Shown in pieces: positions 1-12,924 of a stretch of 64,000 nucleotides of DNA. A model generated the notes under the pieces. The model was given only the letters and a program-made list of their open reading frames with translations, had not been told where the DNA came from and did no database searches. Source of the DNA: Dimorphilus gyrociliatus (Eukaryota > Animalia > Annelida); contig CAJFCJ010000046.1 in NCBI GenBank assembly GCA_904063045.1, forward strand, positions 176,028 to 240,027, read 5' to 3'. The stretch's first letter is position 1. Every line of letters starts with the position of its first letter. Position numbers and translations under genes: made by a program.

Positions 1-2
1 CT

Positions 3-2308
3 AATTCAAATGGTTGTATCGATTGTTCAGATAGTGAAATATCAAATTGTACAGATTTTCAATTGGTTAATGATGTTTGTACATGTTTACGGTGCTCATC
101 TAATTATGTATTGAAAGAGAATTTAGAATGCATTGATTGTCAAACAGGTGGTGGTGGTGCAACTGAAAATTGTGAGGAATGTTCTTTAATTGATGGAACT
201 TCAACTGTTTCTGAATGTAGTAAATGTATATCTGGATTTGGTTTAGAACCTACTTCTGCACCAGCTAAACCAAAATGTTATCAATGTCAAAATGGGTGCT
301 CAGATTGTACAGTTGATGATAGGTCAACACCACCAAATACAATTAATAGATGTACAAATTGTCTCCCAAATTATGCACTTAACAATGAGGGAACTTGCAT
401 AAAATGTCCATTAAATTGTAGTGAATGTAGAATTGATCCTGAAAATCAAAATAATACTTTATGCTTAACATTTGGCTGTATTGCAACAGCTTTGAGAGAT
501 GAAGATTTCACTTGTGAATCATGCTCTATTGATTATTGTTCAATATGTAGAAAGCATATTGATGACTCATTTGAATGTTTGCAATGTGATGCTGGTTATT
601 ATAAAGACAATACTGGAAATTGTCAAGCATGCTCAGATGGTTGCAGTTTCTGTTTAAATGGTATGACTTGTATACCACATGGCTGTAAAGAAGGATTCAT
701 TCGACATAGAATAGATGGAACATGTATCCCATGTCCTGGTGATGGTGTAGCCAGATGCTCATTCAAGAGTATAACATCTGATGAACTGGTAGCAGAATTA
801 TGTAAAAATGGCTTTAGGATTAACACTGCTAATAGTCCCACAACATGTGAAGGTAAGATATTTACTTTGATGTGTGTATATATAAGTAAATAGGTTTAAT
901 TTAGCATTTATTATCAAACAGAATGTGACCCAAATTGTAAGAAATGTGATGTAAATGGAATATCAAAATGTGATGTTGATGAATGCAAATCAGATTATTT
1001 CTTTGATTCCAGTGATAAGAAATGTTATAGAAATAATGATAATTGTATGAAAAGTACAAGACAGAATGGAAAGATTGCTTGTTCTTCTTGTAATACAAAC
1101 ATATCAGTTCTTTCTGATGGAAAATGTGTAAATTGTCCAAATCAATGTTTGGGTGGTTGTTCATTTGACAAAACAAATAACAAATTTACTTGCATTTCTT
1201 GCATTATGGAATACTATAAAACCAGGGATAATTTCTGTAAATCTTGTCCTACTGGTTGTAAGACTTGTTCATTGATTGGAGATAATGTTGAATGCACTTC
1301 CTGTTTGCCAAGTTATGGATTAAAGAAAAATGGATTATGTGAATCTTGCAATGTTGACAAATGTCACAATTGTGAAACAACTCCTGGAGAGGATTCATTA
1401 GTTTGTACATCATGTGCTGAAGCATTCTGTTTAAATTCTGAAGAATGTGGAAAATGTCCTATAAATTGTCTAGAATGTTCCCACACCAATAGATATGAAT
1501 GCACAAAATGTATGGCTGGTTATGCTAAGACACAAGATGGAACTTGTATCCCATGTCCATCAAATTGTAAAATATGTACAGCCAACTCTAATAGAGAAAT
1601 AAGATGTGTTAAATGCGTTTCTAATAAATATTCACTTCAAACCAAGACAGGACAATGTATTGTCTGTTCAGAGGCAACATTTTCACATTGTGCAACATGC
1701 AGTATAACACCAATAAATGGAAAAACAAAATGTGAAACCTGTAACATTGGATACACCCTTCAAGATGATGAAGAAGCCTGTGTTAGTTGTTCAATAGACA
1801 AATGTGATCTATGCATTCATGGAAGAGTATGTTCGGAATGTAAAGCTGGATATTATGAACATAATTATTATAGAGAATGTGCACGTGAGTAACCTAATAA
1901 TCATATTTTTGAAATTGAGAAGAAACAGAATTTTTCTTCTTCTTTTCAGAAAAATGCTTTCAATGCAAAGGAAATAAAGCTGATTGTGGAAGAGATTTAT
2001 CAAAATTCAATGACACAATTACTGATACAGCTATACAAATTGTTGACTGTTCAAGTGGAGATTGTTGGGCCTATAGACAAGAAAAATCTGGAATAGTTAC
2101 ATATGTTAGGGAATGTTCACATAGAACTTGTACTCTAGCAGCTCAAAATGAAAATTGTCAAACAGTTGAAGATAAGAAGGAATGTGAAAAATGTTGTAAA
2201 GGTGATAAATGCAATACATGGGAATTGGATGGTAAAGCAGGTGTTGGAAAAATAGCATTTGTTGATTACTTCATTATTGTTTTCAGTTTTATTTTCATTG
2301 TATTTTAA
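3..2308 (+). CDS. Cys-rich furin-like/EGF-like repeat protein ending in a Ly6/uPAR (LU) domain and GPI-anchor signal (5'-partial; exons <1-852, 922-1884, 1950-2308)
   Basis: The frame is open from position 3 with CxxC...CxxC..GY repeats. GT-AG introns 853-921 and 1885-1949 join the ORFs in frame. The last exon translates QKCFQCKG...DCWAY...RECS...CEKCCKGDKCN (LU motif CCxxDxCN), then a hydrophobic tail YFIIVFSFIFIVF*. Confidence 0.85.
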
Positions 2309-2629
2309 AAGAAAATAAACTATACTTCATTGTTAAAAAATTGTAGGAATTTCTGTTTTATACTAACAGTGTTTGTCCTTTCCAATTCATAGAACTGAAA
2401 TGTTCAACCTAGTGACAACTAGTTTTGTTCCAATCATTGTATCTCAATCTGGGAGAATCAACTTGAAACAATCTCCACTGAAACAAGTCTTACACTCCTT
2501 TAACATTGGCCACTAATGTGGTGATTTGGTGACCTTTATTTAGACTTTGCCAATAAAAAAATCTTATTTACAACATCTTCAATAAGATCATTTTATCCTT
2601 AGTTAAAAGTATCTAAATTTTTAAAATAT

Positions 2630-2875
2630 TGTACAACTTTGGTTATATTTTACATGCCATCCATCTACTCCTCAACATTGGAAGACAATTTGGTAATTTG
2701 GCAGCCTGCTGTTACGAACTCTCTACTCTGCTATTGAACTCTCATATAATTACTTGCTTAAGTATTATTATTGCAAATAAACCATTTTAATTAAAACATT
2801 TGTTTAAAAGATTTGAGTAGAACCAGTATTGTTATAATTTGCAAATGCATAAATTTGCCAAGCAACAGCAGTACA
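2630..2875 (+). mobile_element. Internally deleted solo LTR (same family as 33492-34127 and 63129-63764)
   Basis: Starts TGTACAACTTTGGTT, ends CAGTACA, and is flanked by the 4-bp TSD ATAT. It matches both ends of the 636-bp copies but lacks about 390 bp of the middle. Confidence 0.78.
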
Positions 2876-3340
2876 ATATATTAAATTTAGTGATTGTTCA
2901 TACTAGGTAGTTGGAGAATGAGCAAAGTCTGTAGAACATCCAGAAAGAGTTCAGAAGAGATATGTTTATACATGAAAGAACAACAATTTTTTAAATATGC
3001 CAATAATTCTAAATATTCAATTCACTTTGTTTTATAATTTTTTTAATTTGAATAAATAAAGATTATCTTTTCTTTTCTTTCTATCTCTCTTTTAAATTAT
3101 TGCATTATTTTGGAAAATCAGGGCCAGGAAAAGAAAGAAGATAGAAAATCTACTGCAAGTTTTGGCTTTACTTTTTAAATACCAAAAAATTGTCAATAAA
3201 TCTAACACCATAATGAAATATAGTTCATTTATTCTATTCATTTTTACATGATTTCAGGGTACTAAGTGATTAAACTTTTCTCAATAAACTCTATAGCATA
3301 CTTAGCTAATCAGCTAACTACAGTGAAATATATAGGTTTA

Positions 3341-3547
3341 GGGGTCAACAGAAAACATCCACAAATGAGAAATTTCAAGACAAAAATTTGTATTGAGAAA
3401 TGGTTAGGCAGAAGAAGAGAGCAACTGATTTGTACTTAGGAGGGTCTCCTCTAAGGGTTAGGACTAATGGAAAAGGTAAGGTACAGCTAAGGGCTGGGAT
3501 AGGGTTAGGGTAAAAGCACTCATTTGTGGACGTTTTCTGTCCCATCC
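3341..3547 (-). mobile_element. Telomere-repeat-containing Mutator-type MITE
   Basis: TIRs GGGGTCAACAGAAAACATCCACAAAT / ATTTGTGGACGTTTTCTGTCCCATCC, with internal GGGCTGGGATAGGGTTAGGG. It is the reverse complement of the copies at 24030, 35135 and 60229. Confidence 0.85.
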
Positions 3548-3778
3548 CATTTGGCTTTTATTTCATTATCAATCTGTTATCAAAATTGTTTTTTGAATGT
3601 AAAAAATAAAATTAATATACTTGTTAAGGGACTTGTCAAAGTTAAAGACAAACATAATACTACATAGTCATACAAATATGATTTAAATGTTGTGAAAGTA
3701 AAGTATGATTTATGTGCTCATATGAGCTATGGTTTAATCAATTCACTAATTCATGCCTATAAACTAAGGGTTCTGGAG

Positions 3779-4330
3779 ATGGCACCAACATCAGTTAGCA
3801 ATATTCTACAATATAATCCACCAAAACAGGAGAATAGGGGCCACCCAAAGAGACCTACAGAGAGAGACATAGGCAGGATGAAGAGAATAATAAAGAAATT
3901 GAAAAGAAATAAGGAAAGGGTTATAGCACAAAAACTTTTGAAGGAATTAGAAGTTGATGTAAGCTTAGCAACAATTCAAAGGGAGCTGAAAAGACAGCTG
4001 AGAACCTAACCTAACCCTAAGAATTCAGGGTGATGAAAAATATGGGCAGAGGCGGAGTCATGGTATGGGGACTCATAACATCTGATGGAATCTTTGAGAT
4101 ATGGAGGATACAGAAAAGACTGAATGCTGACAACTATAGCAGTTTTATTGTGGAAGATGTTCTGCCTGTAATAGAAGATATATCTGCTAAATTGGGGAGG
4201 CAGTACATCTTCCAGCAAGACAATGCTGGGTGCCATACTGCTAGGACAACAAAAAGAGCTTTTCAAATGAATGGCATTACCCTCTTGATTGGCCAGCAAA
4301 GAGCCCTGACCTCAGCCCTATACAAAATTT
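3779..4330 (+). mobile_element. Tc1-like transposase remnant with internal deletion
   Basis: The N-terminal part reads GHPKRPTERDIGRMKR...VSLATIQRELKR and the catalytic part GRGGVMVWG...IFQQDNAGCHTA. The ISDES segment present in the 15.7-kb copy is missing. Confidence 0.75.
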
Positions 4331-5244
4331 TTCAATATATGAAAATTTTCTTTTTGTGTTGTTCTTCTGCAAGAATGTGTAATTTCTGAGGCAGTTCAAG
4401 TATATAATTCAGAAAAACTTTTTGATCAACATCTTTCCAAATTAGAGACCAAACATTTTATAAAATTATTAGGAAAATAATCCCCTGATGCAGAAACCAT
4501 GGATTGCTATTAGGTGTAAAATACATTAGAATATCAATACTGAATTCCTTTCCATTTGTACTTTATTGTATTGTAATTGAAAGAATTTCTGGTCTTTCAT
4601 ATCATTATTTTTTCTTTTGTATCAAATACTGTGGAATATACTACTTGTGATGCATTTCAAATAGATATCTGCATATAGGATGGCAGATATCAAAAAGCAG
4701 CATATTTTTGATTTTTATATACAATTGTGAACAAATCTAATAAATCAAGATATAGTGGCAATTTCAATCTGAAAAGATATCCTGATAGTGTTATTAAAAA
4801 AAATCCTTATTTATAACTATGATCAAAACTGCACAATCAGTAACAGGTTTATTTTATAAACTGAAAAAATTTTGAAACACTTTTTTTATGACACAATCAG
4901 GGTTTGAAGAGTTGCTTGTTTTAAATTGTTTCTTTATGTTGTACTGTTCCTGGTTAGAAAGTGTGAGTGATACTGTGAAATTAATTTTGTTAACAAGATA
5001 AATGATATAATTACTATTAAATATTCTTTATATAAAACAGTGCTGTCCATGTTTTAGTTATACCTTTTACAAATTTTCTCTAGTAACTAAATAAGAAAAA
5101 TTTCATAACTCCTAACTATAACAATAAAATACATCATAAATTATTATTCATATGTTTGAAAAAAGTAAGGAAATTTAACAGATGAAAAACACAAGATAGA
5201 GCTACAATTGTAGAAAACAAAAGTAAAAAAGTCCTGTTTTCAAA

Positions 5245-5644
5245 ATGGCTGCCAAGTGATCTATAATAATATGAAACACAAACTAAATGTTCAAAATACT
5301 TGGAATTGTTCGTGAGAAATGATCAAAAAATGCTACCTTGTCAACACACATATCTTTCTCAAAGTATTCAACAATTACCAAAGGAAAGTATTGAATTCTC
5401 CTGTCCACAATGCAAACAGAACCTTGACAAAAACAATGCAAATCAATGTCAACAGCAATCATTGAAGAAAAAAAAAGAACACCAATTTTTGAAACTTTGT
5501 AATGGACTTCAAATGTCATCAAACACCTTGAAGAATCTTAATTTACATTGCTGTAATTTAAATGAAGAACAAGATAATTGGATTGGAAATTTGCTGAAAC
5601 ATTGTTCCATACTGGAAACAATCAATCTAGCATGGAATAGAAAT
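5245..5644 (+). pseudogene. RING finger-RI-type LRR gene fragment, truncated by a MULE
   Basis: A degenerate RING (KCSKYLELF...KMLPCQHTY...FSCPQCK) is followed in the same ORF by LCNGLQMSSNTLKNLNLHCCNLNEEQ...IGNLLKHCSILETINLAW, which stops at the MULE TIR. Confidence 0.65.
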
Positions 5645-8191
5645 GGTTTATGGAGAAAATGTCCACAAGAGAAAATGTCCACAGGAGAAAACGTCCACAG
5701 AGGAAAATATCCACAGGAGAAATGTCCACAGTGGAAAAAGTCTATAGGGGAAAATGGCCATGGAAATTAAAATTAATAATGTATGTACATTGTAGTGATA
5801 ATAAAAATTATGCAATGTCAGGTTCTCCATTTTGTTGAGGAACTATTTCCTGTTTATGATTTCCTGTTTTTGTTCCATACAAAGGAGAGTTTGATTCAAA
5901 TATTATCTGAAAAGGATATTTCACAAGTACAACACAATATCAAAAAAATTCAATACACCAGAATATCTCTTGATAATTCATTTAAATTGAATCAGTTTAA
6001 GGTAAAACTTTAATTAATAAAATCTCTTTTAAAATATTTGAGCAGCCATTTTGGGGTAACTTTCTCTTTTTACTGATAGATAATGGCATTTTGCTACAAT
6101 TGTAAGGAGAAAATGGTTGGAAGACAGCATAAAGCAAAGTGTCAACTATGTCACCATTGGGTAATAATTCACAAGAAATGCATGAAAAGTAGGTTAAATT
6201 CAATTTTATAGCATATATCATTTTTTTAAATGATTGTATTAACAGAAAATCATCTCTTTCTTTGCAATATTTGTGAAGATATTTCTAAGAGAACATGTTT
6301 GGTCACCTTACAACAGCTGTCTACTAGTCAAATCAAAACAGTGAACTCTGAAGTGGAAAAGGAAGTAGAGATGACATATGAAGTTCAAAATACTATGAAT
6401 GATGTTGTTGGTAATGGTCCAGATATTTATGAAAATGAAAAAGAAAGTGATAGAAATATGAGAACAGATGTTGATGATAATGATGTTCTTGTTGAAAACA
6501 ACAGCACAGATCTAATGATTGGGTGTAACATTGAAATCACAACAGAAAATCATTCACAGGATTCAAATAATTTGATGGAAACTTCTTTCATAAATTCTCC
6601 AATGTCAAAAAGAGTAGATATGGAGCCAACTTTCAAAATTCTGAAAGGAATGAGTCAAAAAGGTAAAGACCTATTAGCCTATGACGGTTATATGTTTACA
6701 ATAAAGATGAAAAGGTCAACAAAAACATTTTGGACATGTAGTGTAAGGAATAAGAACAACAAATGCCCAGCAAGTGTCAATCAATTGGAAGATCAATTCT
6801 ATCCTGGAAAAAAACCCCATTCCCATAAAAGAGAAGATTGTCTGGAAAAGAAAATTTTAATTAAAAATGAAATTAAACAATTGTGTGAAATTGAAACTTT
6901 CTCTTCTGGAAAACGCTTAGCTGAGGAAGTATTAAAACATCATTGTGATTGTGAAGAAGCTATTCCATCAATGGATAACTGTGCCAGGTTGGCAAATTGG
7001 ACAAAAAGAAGATTTCAGCCAGAAGAGCTGACAGATATTCACTCAAATTTTGAAATATCATTTATACCAGATGAGTTTCGGGTAAAAGATATTAAAATGA
7101 AAGATGACAGAATAATAATTTTTTCAACTCCAAAACAAATTGAACTACTGTCTAAAGGAAAGAAAATTCTTAAAAAAAGTCCATAAAGGAGCTGACCAAT
7201 CAACATTTCCCAATGAAATTTGTGGTGGATTTTGAAAAAGGTATCTGGAGAGCATTGTCATCTGTTTATCCTGAGGTTATAATTAAAGGATGTGTCTTTC
7301 ACTGGACCCAATCTGTATATAGGAAAATTCAGATAACTTTTATCATCATCTGTTGCAAAAAAATTAAGAAATGTAATAATTTTAGGAATTGGGCTACTCT
7401 TGTGAATATAAGGCAAAAGGAGAGTGTTACCATGCAATGAAAAAAATAATGGCATTACCATTTCTGCCATCAAACATCATTGAAAATCCATTCAAAAACA
7501 TTGAACAGACAACCTCAACTCATTTAGGACCATTTATTGATTACATCAAGAACCAGTGGCTATATGGATATTACCCACCACATACCTGGTCAATATATGG
7601 TGAAGCAATCAGAACCAAGAATGACCTGGAAGGATGGCACAATAGATTAAACAGGAATATCCATGCCAATTCTTCATTGTATGTTATCATTGATGAATTA
7701 AAGAGAGAAGCAGAGTTGATTACATTGTACAAGAAATTATTAAGTGAGAAAAAGATATGTAGACAACAGAGAAAGCCTTATCAGAAAATTCAAAGTCAGA
7801 TCTTTGGCTTATGGTAGCAATTTGAGGTCAGATTAATATCTGCATCAGATTTATTGGAAAAGGCAGCCAGCATTTATATTGCATCATAACTCATTCATTT
7901 AGCTTGTTACCATGTTATAAACTTAGTCTTTTATAATTTTTTTGCAGTTTGTTTTGTAGTTTTTAGTTTTTGTTTTCAACATATCATAATATCATAAATA
8001 CAAATTATATATTTATTCTCTCAATTTTCCTTTTCATCTTAATCTCCAAAGGTTTTAAAAAGAAAAATTCTCTTTCACTATGGACATTTTCTCCTCAGTT
8101 GTGGATGTTTTCTCCTGTGGACATTTTCTCCTCAGTTGTGCACATTTTCTCCTGTGGATGTTTTCTCTTGTGGACGTTTTCTCCTGCACCC
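5645..8191 (+). mobile_element. Mutator-like (MULE) DNA transposon, PHD-FLYWCH-DDE transposase, decayed
   Basis: Both ends carry inverted tandem arrays of GGAGAAAATGTCCACA units. Coding remnants: PHD-like CYNC...CQLCHHW..HKKC (~6090-6180), FLYWCH GKDLLAYDGY..FWTCS, DDE core VVDFEKGIWRA...GCVFHWTQ, and RTKNDLEGWHNRL. Confidence 0.87.
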
Positions 8192-8989
8192 ATGTGGTGG
8201 GTAATAACTGTTGGTTCTTGATGTAAGCAATAAATGGTCCTAAATGTGTTGAAGTGGTCTTCTCCATGGTTTTAAATACATCAGTGATAGCATCAGTGCT
8301 TGTTTGTTCAGCTGTTATCTTAACTTCTTTTTCCAATACAGAGTCCATTCTTTTCATTTGGCTGATAGACAAAAGTTGTAATGTGACCAAACATATTCTC
8401 TTGGAAATGTCTTGGCAAATGTTTCAAAGAAACAGATCATTTCCTATTTAATGCAATTATCATATAGAATATAATACAGTTTGTTATAAAATTGAATTTA
8501 AACTTACCTTAATTACATTTCCAATGAATCATTGTCAAATGGTGGTATACTTGACATTTTTCTTTATGCTGTCTTCTAAACATTTTCTCCTTGCATTTGT
8601 AGCAATACCCCATTCTCAAGTTAAAGCTATCAAAAAATGGTTGCTCAAAATTTTCAAAAACCTGATTTTATTAATGATAACTTTACCTTAAATTGATAAA
8701 AATGTAAAAGATCTATCCAAAGATATTCAAATTTTTCTATTATTGCTATGTTTTGTAATTAAACTTAGTAAATATCTTTAACAGATAGTATTTTAACAAA
8801 ATTATTCTTTTCGAAAAAAAACCAAAAACAGGAAAACATAAACAGGAAATAGTTCCTCAACAAAATAGTGGATGTATCATTGCATAATTTTTATAATCTC
8901 AAAAGTTTAAAACAATATTTAACCCCAATTTCAATATTGATTTTCAATTCCATGGATAATTTTTGTTGTGGACATTTTCTCCTGCACCC
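8192..8989 (-). mobile_element. Internally deleted MULE of the same family, truncated by the right end of the 5645-8191 element
   Basis: The TIR ...TTTTCTCCTGCACCC ends at 8989. The reverse complement matches the 5.76-6.4-kb region joined directly to the TTSTHLGPFI segment (~7.5 kb). Confidence 0.7.
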
Positions 8990-10839
8990 TGTTTGCTATA
9001 CTATGTGTTTCACATAATTATTGTCTAGCTTGACTTGATTTCGACCCAAGATGTGGTCCAAATGTGACATCACAGATGAGTAGAGTCAAACACTCACTTA
9101 ACTGACACAACTAGAACTCAAGTCAATCATAAAAAGGAGCGAATGTAACACAATGGTGTGAGAAAACAATAAAAGGTTAACAAAAAAATCTGCAATTGCA
9201 ATTTATTGATATAAAACATTTTTTAAAGCTCAATTCAGAGTAGATCAATTATTTCGTATATCTGAGGATAAAGTTTTCAAGTTATCAAACTAGGGTCTAA
9301 TGTTGAAGGGGTTGTTTCCAGCTGATCCATCTAGTGATAAATATCAGAAAAGTTGTATGGAGAGATAATATTGTAAAACACAAAGTTTTGGAAGTCTTAA
9401 AATCTCTCCAAGAAGATAATTGATAAGCAAGAGCAGTAGAACAATAGCATTGTACTATTTATTTGTTTAAGCATATTTTTTTTAAAAGCACTACCAGTTT
9501 TTTTAGAACATTAAAAAATCTTTTAAACAGATATTTCTAAAATACAAACATTTAAACATTTGTATGTTTTTTTTTCATTTTGACCAATAGATATGAAAAT
9601 ATGAACCACAAGTATATCAGTAAATGAAACAAGGATAAGAGTCCTCATTTCGACATTGTAAGCAACGTTCTCTGGTAAGATAATCCTTAAAACAAAAAAT
9701 CATACTATAAGAAAAGATTTCTTTAGTTATACAAAAATACTTTTAATTCTAGTACCTCTTTAACAAGCAGTTGTTCTAATAAATTATTATCTCTATCATT
9801 CAATTCCTCTGCCAATTTATCTTGAAATGAGGCGGAAAATGATTGGTGGGCAAGCATTACCACAAAGCAAATTACAAAAATATTTTTCATATTTATATGA
9901 GAATTTGATGAAGAAAAGAGAAAAATTTCTGGTTGCTGTACAACTTTATTATATGCACAAAATTTCCTTTAAATAGTTGCTAAAAAATTAAAAAAAAACA
10001 CAGTATAAAACCAGTATTTTTTTAAAAAAGCTGGTATTGACAATTGCTGATAGATTTGATAGCCTTTACCTTTTTTGTGTAAGGTTGTTCATATACAATG
10101 ACTCTACAATTTTCTAAAATATCAATCAATATTGATGCACTGAAGTGTGTACATTAGGCTTTTTTCTGAAATATTTTGACTTACTTTGGATAACATAGCA
10201 AGCATTCAGTTGTGGATTAAACCTGTTAATCAATAGAGCTAGTAAAAAGGAGCAGTTTTTATTGAAAAATCATTCGCAACCCAAAAAGCAACAAAACATG
10301 TAACTAGGTACATACTGCTTATCTCTATCAGTATGATACTGTATATTTCAGATTAAAAAATGGTTAGGAGGGTAAAGTAACTATTGATTTGCCATTTTGA
10401 GAGGTTCCACTTAAAATTAGGGGTAATGCGAACCATACATTTCATGATGTTTTCAGTCACATTAGAATACAAATAGTACAACAAACATCTTTTTTTAACT
10501 CTATTTTTAACAAGTAACCAGTCTTACTTGAGCCATTTTCACATTTTTGTGTCCAAAAATGAAAATTATCATATCCCATATTATCACAAATATCCCTAAA
10601 AAACCTTCTGCCACCATATGGTCTTAAATCCAAAAAGAATGTCTGATTTAAACTTTTTATATGAACCTGCAACCTTCCATAAGTATAGTAATAATTATTT
10701 TATATTGGATCAAGCTTATATTGAACAGATTTAAAGTTGTTTCCTTTTATGTTTAATGGTTGATAAGATAGATCACATGTTGGCAATACTACAATGGGAA
10801 TTTGTGTTAAATATGAAGAAATATTTTTTCAAATGTTAA

Positions 10840-12400
10840 CTCAAAGAAATGATGTAAATTGCAAAAATGAGAAAAATTGTTCTAAAAGTCTCTGAAGAAA
10901 TATTCATTTTCTGCACATTTTAATCACAATGATATAAGTAAAATTGTCTTAAAGTGTTCACAGTAGAATGGAGTCAATCATAAATTACTTTCAACCCTTT
11001 CTTCATACCTTGATTTTCAGATGAATTAATCATTTCTAATGATGAACACTGTCTGAATGTTGCTTCTAAACAGTTTTGCTCGGTTATCATTTAAACCACA
11101 ATTACTGAAGTCAACTTGTTTCAAAGTGCTTAAAGAAGATTTGAGACCATTAGCTAATGTTTCAAATTCATGCCTGATAGTTTGATTCTTAGATAATTTT
11201 ATTATTTCTAATTGATAATGAACAGGATGTTATACGCTCTGTTCAATAGTGTGAGTCAGTGTGAGTCAGTGAATGTATGTCAGTATGTTAGTGTCACTTA
11301 AAGGGGAAACTTGACTTAGCCAAAGTTAGGATAGTAGATATAGAACAATGTGGCACAAATGTGGCACCACGAATGAGCAAGGTCAAGCACCCAGTTAAGT
11401 GATGCTAGCAAAGGTATAAAATAGAGTGAATGTATCCAAAATGTTGTGAGAAAGCTGAGAAAAAATTTTAGACAGAATTGTCAGCAATTCTGGCACAGAA
11501 CATGGTTAATTAGCTTTTCTTTTATTCATTCTCCCACAAGCAAAAGTTCACCCACGACTTGGATGAATAAACTCCTTTTTTTCTTGATTCTGTATCTTCT
11601 CTCCACACTATTATGACTTGGCAGAATTTCTGTGAGGACGCCATTTATCCATCATGAAGCTTCATTTAATTTTATCAATCTCCTTTGCTATGGATTTAAA
11701 TATCCTGAAGTTGTTTGAGAGAATTTGGGAGAGCCTTTTTTCTTTGGCCCATACTCTTTGTGTGACAACTTGTTGGATTTTGTGTGGAAGCCTTCCACCA
11801 TGTCGACCTCACCAACTCGCTTTGCAGGCAGATGAAAAGTAGCACATAGGCTTTGCCTACCTTTTTCAACTTAAATGGCCCAAAGCCAAAAAAAAATTTG
11901 ATCACTATAAATTTCAATACTTCCAACTGTTTTAAACTACTCTTATAAATTGCAATAATTTCAGAGTGTCTTCTTGGTTGATTTTGAGAACCCAATTTTA
12001 AAAGAAAACATATTTTAGAACAATGTTTCAGTAGATTTCCAATCATTATACAATCACTTTCCTCTAAATTACAATTGTCAAAATGAATTCCCTTCAGATT
12101 ATTTGACGAATTTTGAAGTCCTCTACAAATACTCACCAATATTTGACCCATGTGATTATTACCACTTAATTTTATTTTTTCAATTTTAGAACAATTTATA
12201 ACCAAATATTTAATTTCTCTATGTTGTTTTTCATTTAAATTACAATTAATAAAGTCAATTTCTTTCAGAGTATTTGAGGATCTCTGACATGCTCTACAAA
12301 TATTCAATAATCTTTTACCCATCTCACTCCTCTTTGAGTCCTCCAAGATTGAAGATGATTGTTTCAAATTTGATACTGATTTTTCTATTTAATATTTACA
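10840..12400 (-). pseudogene. RI-type LRR gene interrupted by a BEL/Pao remnant
   Basis: LRR units lie on both sides of the insertion: ICRACQRSSNTLKEIDFINCNLNE (12.0-12.4 kb) and NGLKSSLSTLKQVDFSNCGLND (11.0-11.2 kb), with frameshifts. Confidence 0.7.
11228..11990 (-). mobile_element. BEL/Pao LTR retrotransposon 3' remnant (integrase fragment plus ~300-bp LTR)
   Basis: The minus strand reads FGFGPFKLKKVGKAYVLLFICL (integrase start) and WINGVLTEILPS..ERRYRIK (BEL C-terminal-like). A purine run GGGAGAA precedes TG at 11528, and the LTR-like segment ends ...TATAACA at 11228. Confidence 0.6.
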
Positions 12401-12924
12401 AATTGCCTAGCTACCCAGCTCAAAATGGTGGTTGGTTTTTTAATTATTACTTTCATTTCTAAATATATGTTTTGTATTATTTTTCAGCTTGAAATGAGTC
12501 AAAGGCTATTATTTATTAAAAAAGAGGAAGACGTGTATATTTATATTTGGTTTTATATTCTAAGCAAACTCTTTTGAATTTTACTTGATAGATTGCTTGG
12601 AAAACATTACCATGTCTATATTTCTTTGACCTTGAGTTTTAGAATGATCTTCAACAAACTACCACTTTCACTCTTCCCTTTCAATCAACCTCAAATCAAG
12701 ACATGGTCTTATTGTGTCTATTAGAGTACTGCTTTCTACTTTTGCTAACTCCACACCATGCTTTAGTAATACCCATTTAATAATTTTTTGGTGTTTATAA
12801 TAAAAAATTTAAATTTTTTAACTTGTATACTAAATATTTAAAAAAAATGTATAAAAAACAGGTGTGAAAGTAGAAAATGAAAGTAAGAATAAAAAAGTCT
12901 ACATACAATCAAAATTGGTGATCA

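Noticed and set aside
623-1176. Minus-strand ORFs over the first gene (and similar antisense ORFs over LRR, MULE and lectin exons)
   Set aside because: These are shadows of AT-biased sense coding sequence, with no independent motifs.
5650-8190. Short repeated GGAGAAAATGTCCACA units resembling a CRISPR array, and the ORFs translated from them
   Set aside because: There are no unique spacers and no cas genes. The arrays are inverted at the two ends of a MULE transposase, so they are subterminal TIR repeats and the ORFs are artefacts.
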